NCBI GenBank assembly: GCA_964637135.1 | Contig: CAZWTX010000006.1 | Coordinates: 1-64,000 of the forward strand | Source: an uncultured Methanospirillum sp. | GTDB lineage: Archaea; Halobacteriota; Methanomicrobia; Methanomicrobiales; Methanospirillaceae | Direction: 5' to 3' | DNA length: 64,000 nucleotides | Shown: piece by piece, positions 37,099-46,031 of the stretch | Numbering within the stretch: position 1 is the first letter of the stretch | How the letters are laid out: every line of letters starts with the position of its first letter | The notes under the pieces: model-generated | What the model was told of the DNA's origin: nothing | The model's input: the letters and a program-made list of their open reading frames with translations, nothing else | The model's database searches: none | Translations under genes and position numbers: made by a program

Positions 37099-38693
37099 GA
37101 GACGGGAACCGAATCAGGATCCTGGTTTCCCTCGGTTTGCGGGTACTGCTGATGGATACTGACTGCTTTCCCGTCAGTTATATTCCCGGTCCGGTACCAG
37201 CCGCCGGAAGCGTTCTGTTTCACCTCCTGGTAGGTATAGGTGTAAGCGGTGGCATCATAGCCCAGGATCATGATCGTCCCGGCATCTGCCTCCCTGCCGG
37301 TAGCGAGGATGTCTCCCGGACGATGTGCCGTCACGCTCCGCGGAAGCGAGTCTGCACCGGCAGTGATCTGGCTGAGCGGGAGCCGGGTGAGGGTCTGCGG
37401 CCAGGTGGTCTCGAAGAGTGCCCGGGGATAGAGTTCTGCGGTCCTGTTCTCACGGTATCCCCATTCTCCGTTGTAATGACGGTATATCATGTCTGCCTGG
37501 TACGCATCCGCTTCCTGATCAAACCCGAGGACGACCATTGCCCGGTCCGGCTGCCCGATTGATCCGGCTCCCGTCCACACCACCTGCCCGTCAGAGTACT
37601 GCCGGGGGGCCGATGGCTGTCTCGTCACATCCCCGACCGCGGAGACGTTGATCTCCGTGATGTACCTCACCGACCGGTCAGTATCTTCCATGTCCCTGAT
37701 GAGCACCTGGTCTTTGCGGATTGCATACTGGTCGTTGGGGTTCCGGATCATCCTGGACAACCGGTACCGGTCTTCGGGAAGGGTCTCCCCGACGAGCCAG
37801 TACATGCCGGTGGCCTCCTCAAGGAGGAGCGATCCCGGTTTGTACAGAGGAATGTATGCTGACAGGTTTGCCGGGGCGGGAGTCTGCTCGATGTAAACCG
37901 GGAACGGAACGAACACGATCTCTGCCACCTGTCGTGTTGTCTTGTCACGGTAGGTAGCGGTCACCGTAACGATGGTTTCATCGGAAAGGTTCACCCCGGG
38001 GAGGGTTGATCCGTCAACCGAGGCAGTGGCACCTTCCACGGGGGGCAGGTCAGTCCCTGATCCGGCGGGAACCGGTATCGCGTCCACGGTCCATGTGAAC
38101 GCCGCGATATCTTTTATGCCTGCTCCTCCCCGGTTTGTGAGGGTTATCTCATCTCCGGCCAGTGTTCCGGTGATGACGACCGGCCCGGCAGTATCTGCAA
38201 GCGGCGGGGAGAGGATCCCTGACAGGATGATGAACAGAATCGCGATCAGAATCACCGCGGCTGCACCGATGATGACCGCCTTCATCCCGTTCAGCCCGGG
38301 AAGGGTTCGCAGGGATTGAGTTATTCGGGTTATGCGGCCGGTGAGTCCCGGCGGGGCGATGTTTTTCCTGTTTGTCTCGAGATTCTTCTTGTACCGGTCG
38401 TTTCCTGGGTCCAGGGTGGCAGCATTCTGAAAGCAGGTCTCGGCATCCGGATAGTTATGTGCTGTGCTGAAGACTACCCCGAGGGCATTCCATGCCTTGT
38501 GATGATCCTGTTCGGCAGTGACACATTCCTGGAGCAGTCTCGTCGCCTCATCGAGGTTTCCTTCCTTGTATGCAGCAAGCCCTTTCTGGAAGAGATCCCC
38601 GTTTGGAGATTCCTCCCCGGCCTCCTGATCCCTCCCCGGATTTTCGGGTACGGGTATTGAATAATGCAAATCTGGTTTGTCCACCGGAGTCAC
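37095..38693 (-). CDS. TPR-TM surface protein with pilin-like domain and three C-terminal repeats
   Basis: TPR motifs (HKAWNALGV, A..CF..A..LDP.N); single TM; ITLTNRGG domain; three ~65-aa G[DSQ]-hydrophobic repeats. Confidence 0.8.
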   Translation of the reverse strand: MTPVDKPDLHYSIPVPENPGRDQEAGEESPNGDLFQKGLAAYKEGNLDEATRLLQECVTAEQDHHKAWNALGVVFSTAHNYPDAETCFQNAATLDPGNDRYKKNLETNRKNIAPPGLTGRITRITQSLRTLPGLNGMKAVIIGAAAVILIAILFIILSGILSPPLADTAGPVVITGTLAGDEITLTNRGGAGIKDIAAFTWTVDAIPVPAGSGTDLPPVEGATASVDGSTLPGVNLSDETIVTVTATYRDKTTRQVAEIVFVPFPVYIEQTPAPANLSAYIPLYKPGSLLLEEATGMYWLVGETLPEDRYRLSRMIRNPNDQYAIRKDQVLIRDMEDTDRSVRYITEINVSAVGDVTRQPSAPRQYSDGQVVWTGAGSIGQPDRAMVVLGFDQEADAYQADMIYRHYNGEWGYRENRTAELYPRALFETTWPQTLTRLPLSQITAGADSLPRSVTAHRPGDILATGREADAGTIMILGYDATAYTYTYQEVKQNASGGWYRTGNITDGKAVSIHQQYPQTEGNQDPDSVPVS

Positions 38694-38870
38694 CTGTGAG
38701 GTACTTTAGTTCTGACTGGATGGTATCTGGTAGGAGGGGAAAAGGGTATCTTTTAACGGTTCACCAGGAAGGGGACCGGAGTGGCAGAGGCCGGGTTTGT
38801 CTTCCCCATGGGTATTCCCTCCTGCTCTTTGAAAGGTATTTATCCTGCTCCGCGTATAGTGAGATTGGGT

Positions 38871-40331
38871 ATGGTGGGTTTCAACAGGGAAAAGGCCCTT
38901 TCCGAGGTGATTGGGTTTATTCTGATCATTGCTATCATGATGGTCATTGCCTCGCTCTACATGACGTACGTGGTGCCGGCGAAGGGACGTGAAGCTGAGA
39001 TCCAGCATATGACCTATGTCAAGAACCAGTTTGTAGATTACAAGATCGCTCTTGACTCCCTCTGGATCAACGGTGAGGAGAACATGGCGATCAGCAGGAA
39101 TCTCGAGATGGGAACCCAGGGGCAGTCTACCCAGGGCCAGTTTGTCTTCCTTCCGCTGATGAATCCGGCCGGGTCGAGTGGCGAACTGGCGGTGAGTACC
39201 GGTGTGGGCACTGGGACGGTGAACATCACAATTGGGGGATTCGGCTGGGATGGCCGCACCTCGTTTGATCAAGATGTATACCAGTCGCTCTATGTTCTCG
39301 GATCCATGCAGAATACCGTGAATGTACCCATTTCGGAATATGACACGAATTACAATAGACAAACCATCCCGATCATGGGAATATATCCCGCATACCCGAT
39401 CTCAAATCCCTGGAATCTCTCATTTTATTTGAGCAGGGACGCAGATTTCAAACCAAACGGTTCTTGGACTATTCCTCCAAACCAAATTAATAGCGTCAAC
39501 CTGGTTGCCAACCTCAGTTACAACCTCGTCATGGACCTCCGGAAGTCAGGCAACAGTACTCCGGTTTTTGAACGGGTTATCATCAGGCGTGATGTGAAAC
39601 TGGGAGATACGATCCCGGTCAACCTCATGGATCCGGCCTACGGTCTTGATATCTACGGCCCGCTCGTGGCAACAAATGGAACTGTGACCTTCTCCCCCCG
39701 CATGCAGAGTGGGCTGACGCTCCCGTCACCCAACATGACCGCATCCGCGGTCATGGAGAGTACCGAACCACAGGCCATGGGTTCCTTTTCGTACCAGGGG
39801 AATAACTACTACTGGATTCCCCAGCGGTATTCATACCAGAACGGGGCGATCTTCCTCTCCCAGACCGACGGACTGGTGGTCAGGGTTCTTCCGGTCATCG
39901 CCCTGACAACCGTGAACAACACTCCCCGGGTTTCGGTCACGTCCATCCGGATAACCGGGCTGGAAGATTCCGTGAGCGGCACCAGTCCGGTTCAGGTCGT
40001 CACCCGGGTAACCAACATCACCCGGAATGCTATAAAATCGACCATTTTCAGTTCAGAACCTGATAACGTGTACTTTTTCAAGCTGTCATTCGATAACCTG
40101 ACTCCGGAATCGGTTGCCCAGTGGAAGGATACCTTCGGCCAGATCCTCACTGAAGCCGTTCAGACAAGCGGATTTAATCAAAAATGGGTCTATATCTCGG
40201 ACGATGCAGATTCTGTCGTCCTGGAACTGAATAATACCACCGGCATCGGGAAGAATTATCCGTGTTTCTCGGTCGACTACACGGACGTGGAAGTGAATAT
40301 CGCCCTTCAGCCGGTGGGATGGACCGGATGA
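38871..40331 (+). CDS. Large type IV pilin-like protein (class III signal peptide)
   Basis: REKA|LSEVIGFILIIAI hydrophobic N-terminus; VP..GR..EI.HM motif; N.YW..Q.Y.YQ.GA.FL.Q motif. Confidence 0.8.
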   Translation: MVGFNREKALSEVIGFILIIAIMMVIASLYMTYVVPAKGREAEIQHMTYVKNQFVDYKIALDSLWINGEENMAISRNLEMGTQGQSTQGQFVFLPLMNPAGSSGELAVSTGVGTGTVNITIGGFGWDGRTSFDQDVYQSLYVLGSMQNTVNVPISEYDTNYNRQTIPIMGIYPAYPISNPWNLSFYLSRDADFKPNGSWTIPPNQINSVNLVANLSYNLVMDLRKSGNSTPVFERVIIRRDVKLGDTIPVNLMDPAYGLDIYGPLVATNGTVTFSPRMQSGLTLPSPNMTASAVMESTEPQAMGSFSYQGNNYYWIPQRYSYQNGAIFLSQTDGLVVRVLPVIALTTVNNTPRVSVTSIRITGLEDSVSGTSPVQVVTRVTNITRNAIKSTIFSSEPDNVYFFKLSFDNLTPESVAQWKDTFGQILTEAVQTSGFNQKWVYISDDADSVVLELNNTTGIGKNYPCFSVDYTDVEVNIALQPVGWTG

Positions 40332-40744
40332 GGGAGCCGGCGGTCTCTGAGATCGTTGGTTCTCTTGCCCTTGCACTTGTTTTTGTCGGGCTTGCAGGTG
40401 TAGTCCTGGCAATACTGCTCTCTCAGTATCCCCCGGATGTTATGCCCGATTCGACCTTTGAAATCTCTCGTAATTATGAAGACGTCATAACCATCAGGCC
40501 AACCGGAGGAGATCCGCTGAAATGGGGTGAGTACGAAATCCTGATCCGGGAGACTGCCGAAAACCAGCAGGTCGACATCACGCCGTGGTTCTCAGAAAAT
40601 ACCACGTATCCCGGCAGAAACACGACGTACCCGGGGAACATCCTGACCTACCCCGGGGGCAATGTCGAGACGGTCACCGTTGTGTATGTCAGTCCCCGTA
40701 CCGGTGCGAAATATCTCCTGATAACGCAGAATCTCTCCCGGTAA
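40328..40744 (+). CDS. Archaeal type IV pilin (Pilin_N/DUF1628-like)
   Basis: REPA|VSEIVG + TM; GGDPL motif; ATGA overlap with the previous gene. Confidence 0.82.
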   Translation: MREPAVSEIVGSLALALVFVGLAGVVLAILLSQYPPDVMPDSTFEISRNYEDVITIRPTGGDPLKWGEYEILIRETAENQQVDITPWFSENTTYPGRNTTYPGNILTYPGGNVETVTVVYVSPRTGAKYLLITQNLSR

Positions 40745-40830
40745 TGATCCCTATGGCTGCTACGGGTGCATTTGATGTACGATCCCATACAAATACCAGC
40801 ACCATACGCATGCGGATAGTGAGGATCCTG

Positions 40831-41331
40831 ATGAAGGACGGGACTGCCGGGAGACACCATCCGCCGGTGACCTCACGCTCCTGGCGGGAGATGATCTTCT
40901 CTCCAGGGTATGAACCAGCCGTTTCAGAGGTTGTCGGGATTGTTTTCCTGATAGCGATTGCGATCACTGCGTTCGGGATTATTGGTGCCGTTCTCCTTCC
41001 GGACAGCGTCCCGTCTGCGATTCCCGGGATCACCGTCATTGCCTGGTACCATGATCCGGGCCTCCCCGGTAATTACACGATTAACCTCGTGCATGATGGC
41101 GGCGATCCGGTCATTGTGAATAATACGAAGATACTCGTGAACGGCTATCTTATCGGAAACCCTGACCGTGCCCTCGTTCAGGATGATGGTTCGGGAACAT
41201 GGCGGATCGGGAGTACCATCCAGCTCTCTTACAACCGGTCACCGCCTCCGTTCATGGTGGATATCATCTACACCGGGGGGGGTGGAGAGACCCTGATGAC
41301 GAAGATCAGCCGGGTAACACAAACCACCTGA
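40831..41331 (+). CDS. Archaeal type IV pilin (Pilin_N/DUF1628-like); start uncertain (40831 or 40891)
   Basis: YEPA|VSEVVG + TM; HDGGDP...WRIG motif. Confidence 0.82.
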   Translation: MKDGTAGRHHPPVTSRSWREMIFSPGYEPAVSEVVGIVFLIAIAITAFGIIGAVLLPDSVPSAIPGITVIAWYHDPGLPGNYTINLVHDGGDPVIVNNTKILVNGYLIGNPDRALVQDDGSGTWRIGSTIQLSYNRSPPPFMVDIIYTGGGGETLMTKISRVTQTT

Positions 41332-41531
41332 TAGTGATCTGGCCGATGTCAGGTGAGGGCTGATCGGAAGGTTCCGGGCGAATGGCGGTCAATGGGTAAC
41401 CCCCGTCATTCCGGTGGCATCTCCCCTCCTGTCCGGACAGGCAAACTATTTTACTCCTCTCAGGTATTCTCCATTGTATGAGGGGAGGCCCCTCATCCGA
41501 TGCAATGAACGGATCTGCTGGATCAAAGACC

Positions 41532-43544
41532 ATGACGAAAAAAATCCCTCTCATTACTCCCCCCCTTTTCAGGAGAAGATCCCCTGCTATCTCCGAACTG
41601 ATCGGGGTGGTCCTCCTGATAGCGGTCATCACCGGGTTAATGGGAGTTCTTTCAGTCATGCTCCTTGGTCAGCCGGCTCCTGGAGAAGTGCCCCATTTCA
41701 GTTATACCGGCTGTGTCAACGAGGACGGCACGATCATCCTGACCCATACGGGAGGAGAGAGCATCGGCTCCGGTATCGGGCTGTCAGCATACCGGATTAA
41801 TGTCCTTGATGCGGGGAAAAAGATTCTGTACAGAACGAACCTCTCTGAAGAACCGGGTACCTGGTCCTTTGGGGAGACCATCTCTGTTGCCACCGGTCTT
41901 GATCCGTCTGTTATCGATGCCACCCAGATCATCGTGTCAACGAGCCAGGGAGAAACGCTGGTCCAGTGGAACGAAATGAAAGGTTCGTACGGGAAACTCT
42001 GTGGATGTGCCAGGACCATCACTGCCTCTGCCAGCCCCGGGGGAAGCATCACCCCCTCCGGGAACGTGGCCGGCCTGTGCGATTCGACGGTCACCTTTGC
42101 CATAACTCCTGATCCCTGCTATCGTATTGATGATGTCCTCGTGAACGGCACCTCTGCCGGCCCGGTCAGTTCGTACCAGTTCACCCTGCCTGCTGCAGCG
42201 ACATCAAATCAGACGATACATGCCACATTCTCCCCGCTCGGTCCCTTTGTTATCAATGCCTCTGCCGGTCCGGGCGGGAACATCAGCCCGTCAGGAATCA
42301 TGCCGGTTACCTGTGGAAACACCTCTGTGTACACCATCACTGCGAATCCCTGTTACCGGATAAGCACCGTTCTGGTCAGCGGTATTCCGGTTGAACCGGC
42401 ACTCTATGTGAGCCCGTATACCTATCCGTTCACGAATATCCAGTCCAACCAGACGATATCGGCCTCTTTCAACGTCTCCGGAACGTATACGATTACTGCG
42501 TCCGCCGGTTCCGGGGGAAGTATCAGTCCCTCCGGGAGCGTTTCGGTTCCCTGCGGAGGCTCGCAGACCTTTACCATCACGCCGGATCCCTGTAGTACCA
42601 TTACCGGCGTTCTTGTCGACGGAAACCCGGTCGGCCCGGTTTCGACCTATACGTTCAGTTCCCTCTCCTCAGACCACACGATACAGGCGTCGTTTATCAC
42701 AAGCCAGTTTCAGATCACCAGCTCGGTGAATCCGGCAGCGGGCGGTTCAATCGCGGTGAACGGGCCCCTCACGGTTCCCTGCCATGAGTCCCGGGTCATC
42801 ACGATCACCCCGGCTCATTGTTATGCCCTGACATCGGTGAACGTCGACGGTTCGACCCTCTGTTCCGGCACGTGTCCGAGCCCGTTCACGATAAGCGGGC
42901 CTCCGTTCAGTGATATTACGTCAAATCACAGCATCAGTACCACGTTCAGCCCGATGGGACCGTTCACGATCACCACGTATACCGAGATCCTGGAAGCAGA
43001 CGGGAGTACAACACCGGGAGGGGGCACCCTCACCCCGTCCGGGACCTTCATGGTAGCCTGTGGGGAAGGCCGATCTTTCACGATCGCGGCTGACAAGGAT
43101 CATACCTTCTATGATCTGACTGACAACGGGGTCTCCATGGGTGCGGGAAACCCGTATACCCTGAACGACATCACCGAAGACCACGTTATCATTGCCCTGT
43201 TCACCGAAGGATGTGAGGGCTTTACCGGGCATGTCTACGACGAGACCACCGGGGAGGGCATCGCCGGGATCCGGGTGGAACAGTGGAGTGCTGATCGGAG
43301 CAAACTGATACGATGGGGGGTAACCACCGGAGCAGGATTGTTCTCGATCCCGTCTCCGATAAAAAATAATGCCTTCTTTGATCTGAAATGTCCGAGTACC
43401 GGATCATGGGTGACCACCAAATCATACATGTCAAAGTTCAATACCCCGGCATGGCAGACCGGTGAATGGCGGGATCATATCCAGGAAAACCAGGGATTCT
43501 CGAAGTGTAACCCATACGTGGAGTTTTACGGACACCGGGTCTGA
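41532..43544 (+). CDS. Type IV pilin-adhesin with five InlB-B/Flg_new-like repeats and a carboxypeptidase-regulatory-like C-domain
   Basis: RSPA|ISELIG + TM; HTGGE...WSFG; five GG.I.PSG...C....TIT...C repeats; TGHVYD..TG.GI.G..V C-domain. Confidence 0.82.
   Translation: MTKKIPLITPPLFRRRSPAISELIGVVLLIAVITGLMGVLSVMLLGQPAPGEVPHFSYTGCVNEDGTIILTHTGGESIGSGIGLSAYRINVLDAGKKILYRTNLSEEPGTWSFGETISVATGLDPSVIDATQIIVSTSQGETLVQWNEMKGSYGKLCGCARTITASASPGGSITPSGNVAGLCDSTVTFAITPDPCYRIDDVLVNGTSAGPVSSYQFTLPAAATSNQTIHATFSPLGPFVINASAGPGGNISPSGIMPVTCGNTSVYTITANPCYRISTVLVSGIPVEPALYVSPYTYPFTNIQSNQTISASFNVSGTYTITASAGSGGSISPSGSVSVPCGGSQTFTITPDPCSTITGVLVDGNPVGPVSTYTFSSLSSDHTIQASFITSQFQITSSVNPAAGGSIAVNGPLTVPCHESRVITITPAHCYALTSVNVDGSTLCSGTCPSPFTISGPPFSDITSNHSISTTFSPMGPFTITTYTEILEADGSTTPGGGTLTPSGTFMVACGEGRSFTIAADKDHTFYDLTDNGVSMGAGNPYTLNDITEDHVIIALFTEGCEGFTGHVYDETTGEGIAGIRVEQWSADRSKLIRWGVTTGAGLFSIPSPIKNNAFFDLKCPSTGSWVTTKSYMSKFNTPAWQTGEWRDHIQENQGFSKCNPYVEFYGHRV
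42012..43205 (+). repeat. Five tandem ~78-aa intragenic repeats
   Basis: Repeated I.ASA..GG.I.PSG...V.CG..TFTITPDPC..I..V.V.G...HTI.A.F units. Confidence 0.85.
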
Positions 43545-43674
43545 TTCATCAGACCTGTTCCCTCCTGTATTAAGCCTGCTTTATCACAGTCCCGTCGGTC
43601 AGGCAGGCATACTTCATATCCCGCCTGCCTCCTGGCAGGAGATCCTTATCTCCTTTTCCTCCCAATCCACCATC

Positions 43675-44268
43675 ATGCGAACCGTCTCCCTTCTCCTCAT
43701 CCTCTCTCTCTTCGTTCTGCCGATGGCTGCCGGGGATGCGCTGACATGGTATGCTGCCGGCGAGGAGTATCTCAATCAGAGTCGGTACGAGGAAGCTGCC
43801 GAAGCGTTCCTGAACAGCACGGCTATCGATCCCCTTGATTCCTGGGCATGGTTCGGGCTCGGAAAGGCATACCGCGAACTGAACCGTCCGGACGATGCAT
43901 ATGCTGCCTTTGAGAATGCCTCCCGCATCGACCCGGCGAACAGCTGGTCGTACATCTTCCTCGGAAACCTCTGGCATGACCGGGGGCTCAGGATGAAGGC
44001 AGTCGAATACTATCTGAAGGCAACCGGGGTATCACCTGACAATACCTGGGCATGGTACCACCTTGGGACAGCCTACCGGGAGCTGAAACAGATCCCTGCT
44101 GCACAGGCTGCATATCTCCGGTCAGTTAGTTCTGATGAGACAAACGAGTGGGCGTGGTACGGGCTTGGACTGGTGTATGAACAGGTCGGTAACGTGAGTG
44201 CTGCCAATGAAAGCCTTCAACGGGCATATGCCCTCAACCCTGACCTGAAAGCACAGGTCGGAAGATAA
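43675..44268 (+). CDS. Secreted TPR protein
   Basis: Signal peptide; tandem TPRs each containing P.N.WAW..LG. Confidence 0.88.
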   Translation: MRTVSLLLILSLFVLPMAAGDALTWYAAGEEYLNQSRYEEAAEAFLNSTAIDPLDSWAWFGLGKAYRELNRPDDAYAAFENASRIDPANSWSYIFLGNLWHDRGLRMKAVEYYLKATGVSPDNTWAWYHLGTAYRELKQIPAAQAAYLRSVSSDETNEWAWYGLGLVYEQVGNVSAANESLQRAYALNPDLKAQVGR

Positions 44269-44392
44269 AGACCCGGCCAGCGTCCTCCCTCCGGGGAAGG
44301 GATGACCCCTCCGCCATATCTCCCCCTTCAGTTCTCCCGGCGCTCATCAATACATGCCGGTATTACTCATTCCAACTTGTATCTCAGATAAA

Positions 44393-44410
44393 AACGAATT
44401 TTTATATAAT
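44393..44410 (+). promoter_or_regulatory. Candidate BRE/TATA promoter
   Basis: AACGAATT-TTTATATA about 65-70 nt upstream of ATG 44473. Confidence 0.55.
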
Positions 44411-44472
44411 ATATTGAATAAAGACACATACAGATATCAGGCCTGTTCAGAGTAACATCAGACCATATCCGG

Positions 44473-45942
44473 ATGGGAGAAAGAATGAAAGAAGAAGATG
44501 ACATGCTCGAACTCCTCGAGGATGACGGAACTGACATGCCGGCAGGTGAAGAGCAGCCGGCAGCGGAAGAGTCAGGAGGCCGGGAAGATTTGCCGGTTGC
44601 TGAACCATCCGGGCGGGAGATTGAGATCGACATCAGGTACGTGATCATTGGAATTATCGCCCTTGTCGGTATTATTGCCGTGGTTGGTATCTTCATCCTG
44701 ATGCCGATGCTCGCTCCCCCGGCTCCCCAGGCAGAATTCACCTCAAACCAGCAGGGAGAGGACATCATCGTTGTTCATAATGGAGGAACGCCGCTTGCCA
44801 TGGAGAATCTGCGGGTGTCACTCGACGGATCCCCGGTGCCAGCCGAGAACCTGATCCTCCTTGGCGGGGCTTCCTCACCGTGGTCACCAGGCAGCGTTCT
44901 CAATATCAATACCCGTGGATACGTGAAACCGGCTACCCTCACGATTTCCTATCTCCAGAACAACGAGATGTTCGATCTCCTCTCGTTCCAGGCTGAACCG
45001 GTAGAAACCCCGACTCCGGAGCCTACCCCTGAATCCGCACCGGTCCAGGCTGTCGGGCCGGCAGGAAACGTCACGAATGGAACCCCGGTCCCGGAGGTCG
45101 TGACAGAAACAACTCCCATGCAACCGGTCTCTCCGTCAGAAACAGCCTCGATTGTGCCGGTCAGGCTGGCAAGTTTATCAGTACAGCCGACCAGCGGGAT
45201 AGCCCCGCTCACCGTTCAGTTTGCCGACCAGACGGCGGTCTGCATCATGAACCGGACTATTGACTTCGGGGACGGCCAGACTTCGTCACGGCGGTACCCG
45301 TCCCACATATACCCGTTCCCGGGTGTCTACAACGCATCACTGGATCTCGTGTACTGTGATCCCGATGATGAGGGAGGTGAACCGGCAGAAAGCACAATCA
45401 CTGTGCTTCCCCTTGAACGCCAGGATACCCTCCTCTCCGGATCCGGCAAGGCCGATCTCATGCCCGGGGCAAAAATATACTTCACCGTAAAGGGCCCGGG
45501 AACAACCATCAGGATCGGCGGCAGGGATCATATTCTCAAGGTTGGCGATCTCGTGGAACTCACGTTCAACGCCGGTGGCCGGGGTGATCTCTCGATCATA
45601 TCCAATGCCATAGTAAAATGTGATTATGATGATGTGACCCTGACCGTCAACGGTGAAGAAGTGATCACCGGATGGATCACGGGTATTAACATCGACCAGT
45701 ATGACCAGATCGCAACGACCGGCCTGACGATCGAGATTGAATCCTTCGAACCGGGTCTGAAGGGCCTGATCAATGCCAAACAGGTAGTCTTTGCACAGGA
45801 CGGCGAATTACTCCGGCTCATGAATGTCGGACCGGATTCGACCGGAAAACTCCTCTTCAGTGTTCAGGACCATGCAGGGTTCAACTTCAGGGGCGGGATC
45901 CAGACGTATGAAGTCACCACCCCGGCCTGGGCGACTGAATAA
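44473..45942 (+). CDS. Membrane-anchored protein: acidic N-tail, TM, pilin-like domain, PT linker, PKD, unknown C-domain
   Basis: HNGGTPL...WSPG motif; DFGDG...P.H.Y..PG.Y; C-domain paralogous to that of the next gene. Confidence 0.85.
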   Translation: MGERMKEEDDMLELLEDDGTDMPAGEEQPAAEESGGREDLPVAEPSGREIEIDIRYVIIGIIALVGIIAVVGIFILMPMLAPPAPQAEFTSNQQGEDIIVVHNGGTPLAMENLRVSLDGSPVPAENLILLGGASSPWSPGSVLNINTRGYVKPATLTISYLQNNEMFDLLSFQAEPVETPTPEPTPESAPVQAVGPAGNVTNGTPVPEVVTETTPMQPVSPSETASIVPVRLASLSVQPTSGIAPLTVQFADQTAVCIMNRTIDFGDGQTSSRRYPSHIYPFPGVYNASLDLVYCDPDDEGGEPAESTITVLPLERQDTLLSGSGKADLMPGAKIYFTVKGPGTTIRIGGRDHILKVGDLVELTFNAGGRGDLSIISNAIVKCDYDDVTLTVNGEEVITGWITGINIDQYDQIATTGLTIEIESFEPGLKGLINAKQVVFAQDGELLRLMNVGPDSTGKLLFSVQDHAGFNFRGGIQTYEVTTPAWATE

Positions 45943-46031
45943 ATACTCCCTCTTTATATGAACAGGTCAAATTATGATACTGCAGACGGATCGGAATTGG
46001 GGCCGGTCAGTCTGACAGTACATCTGGATGG

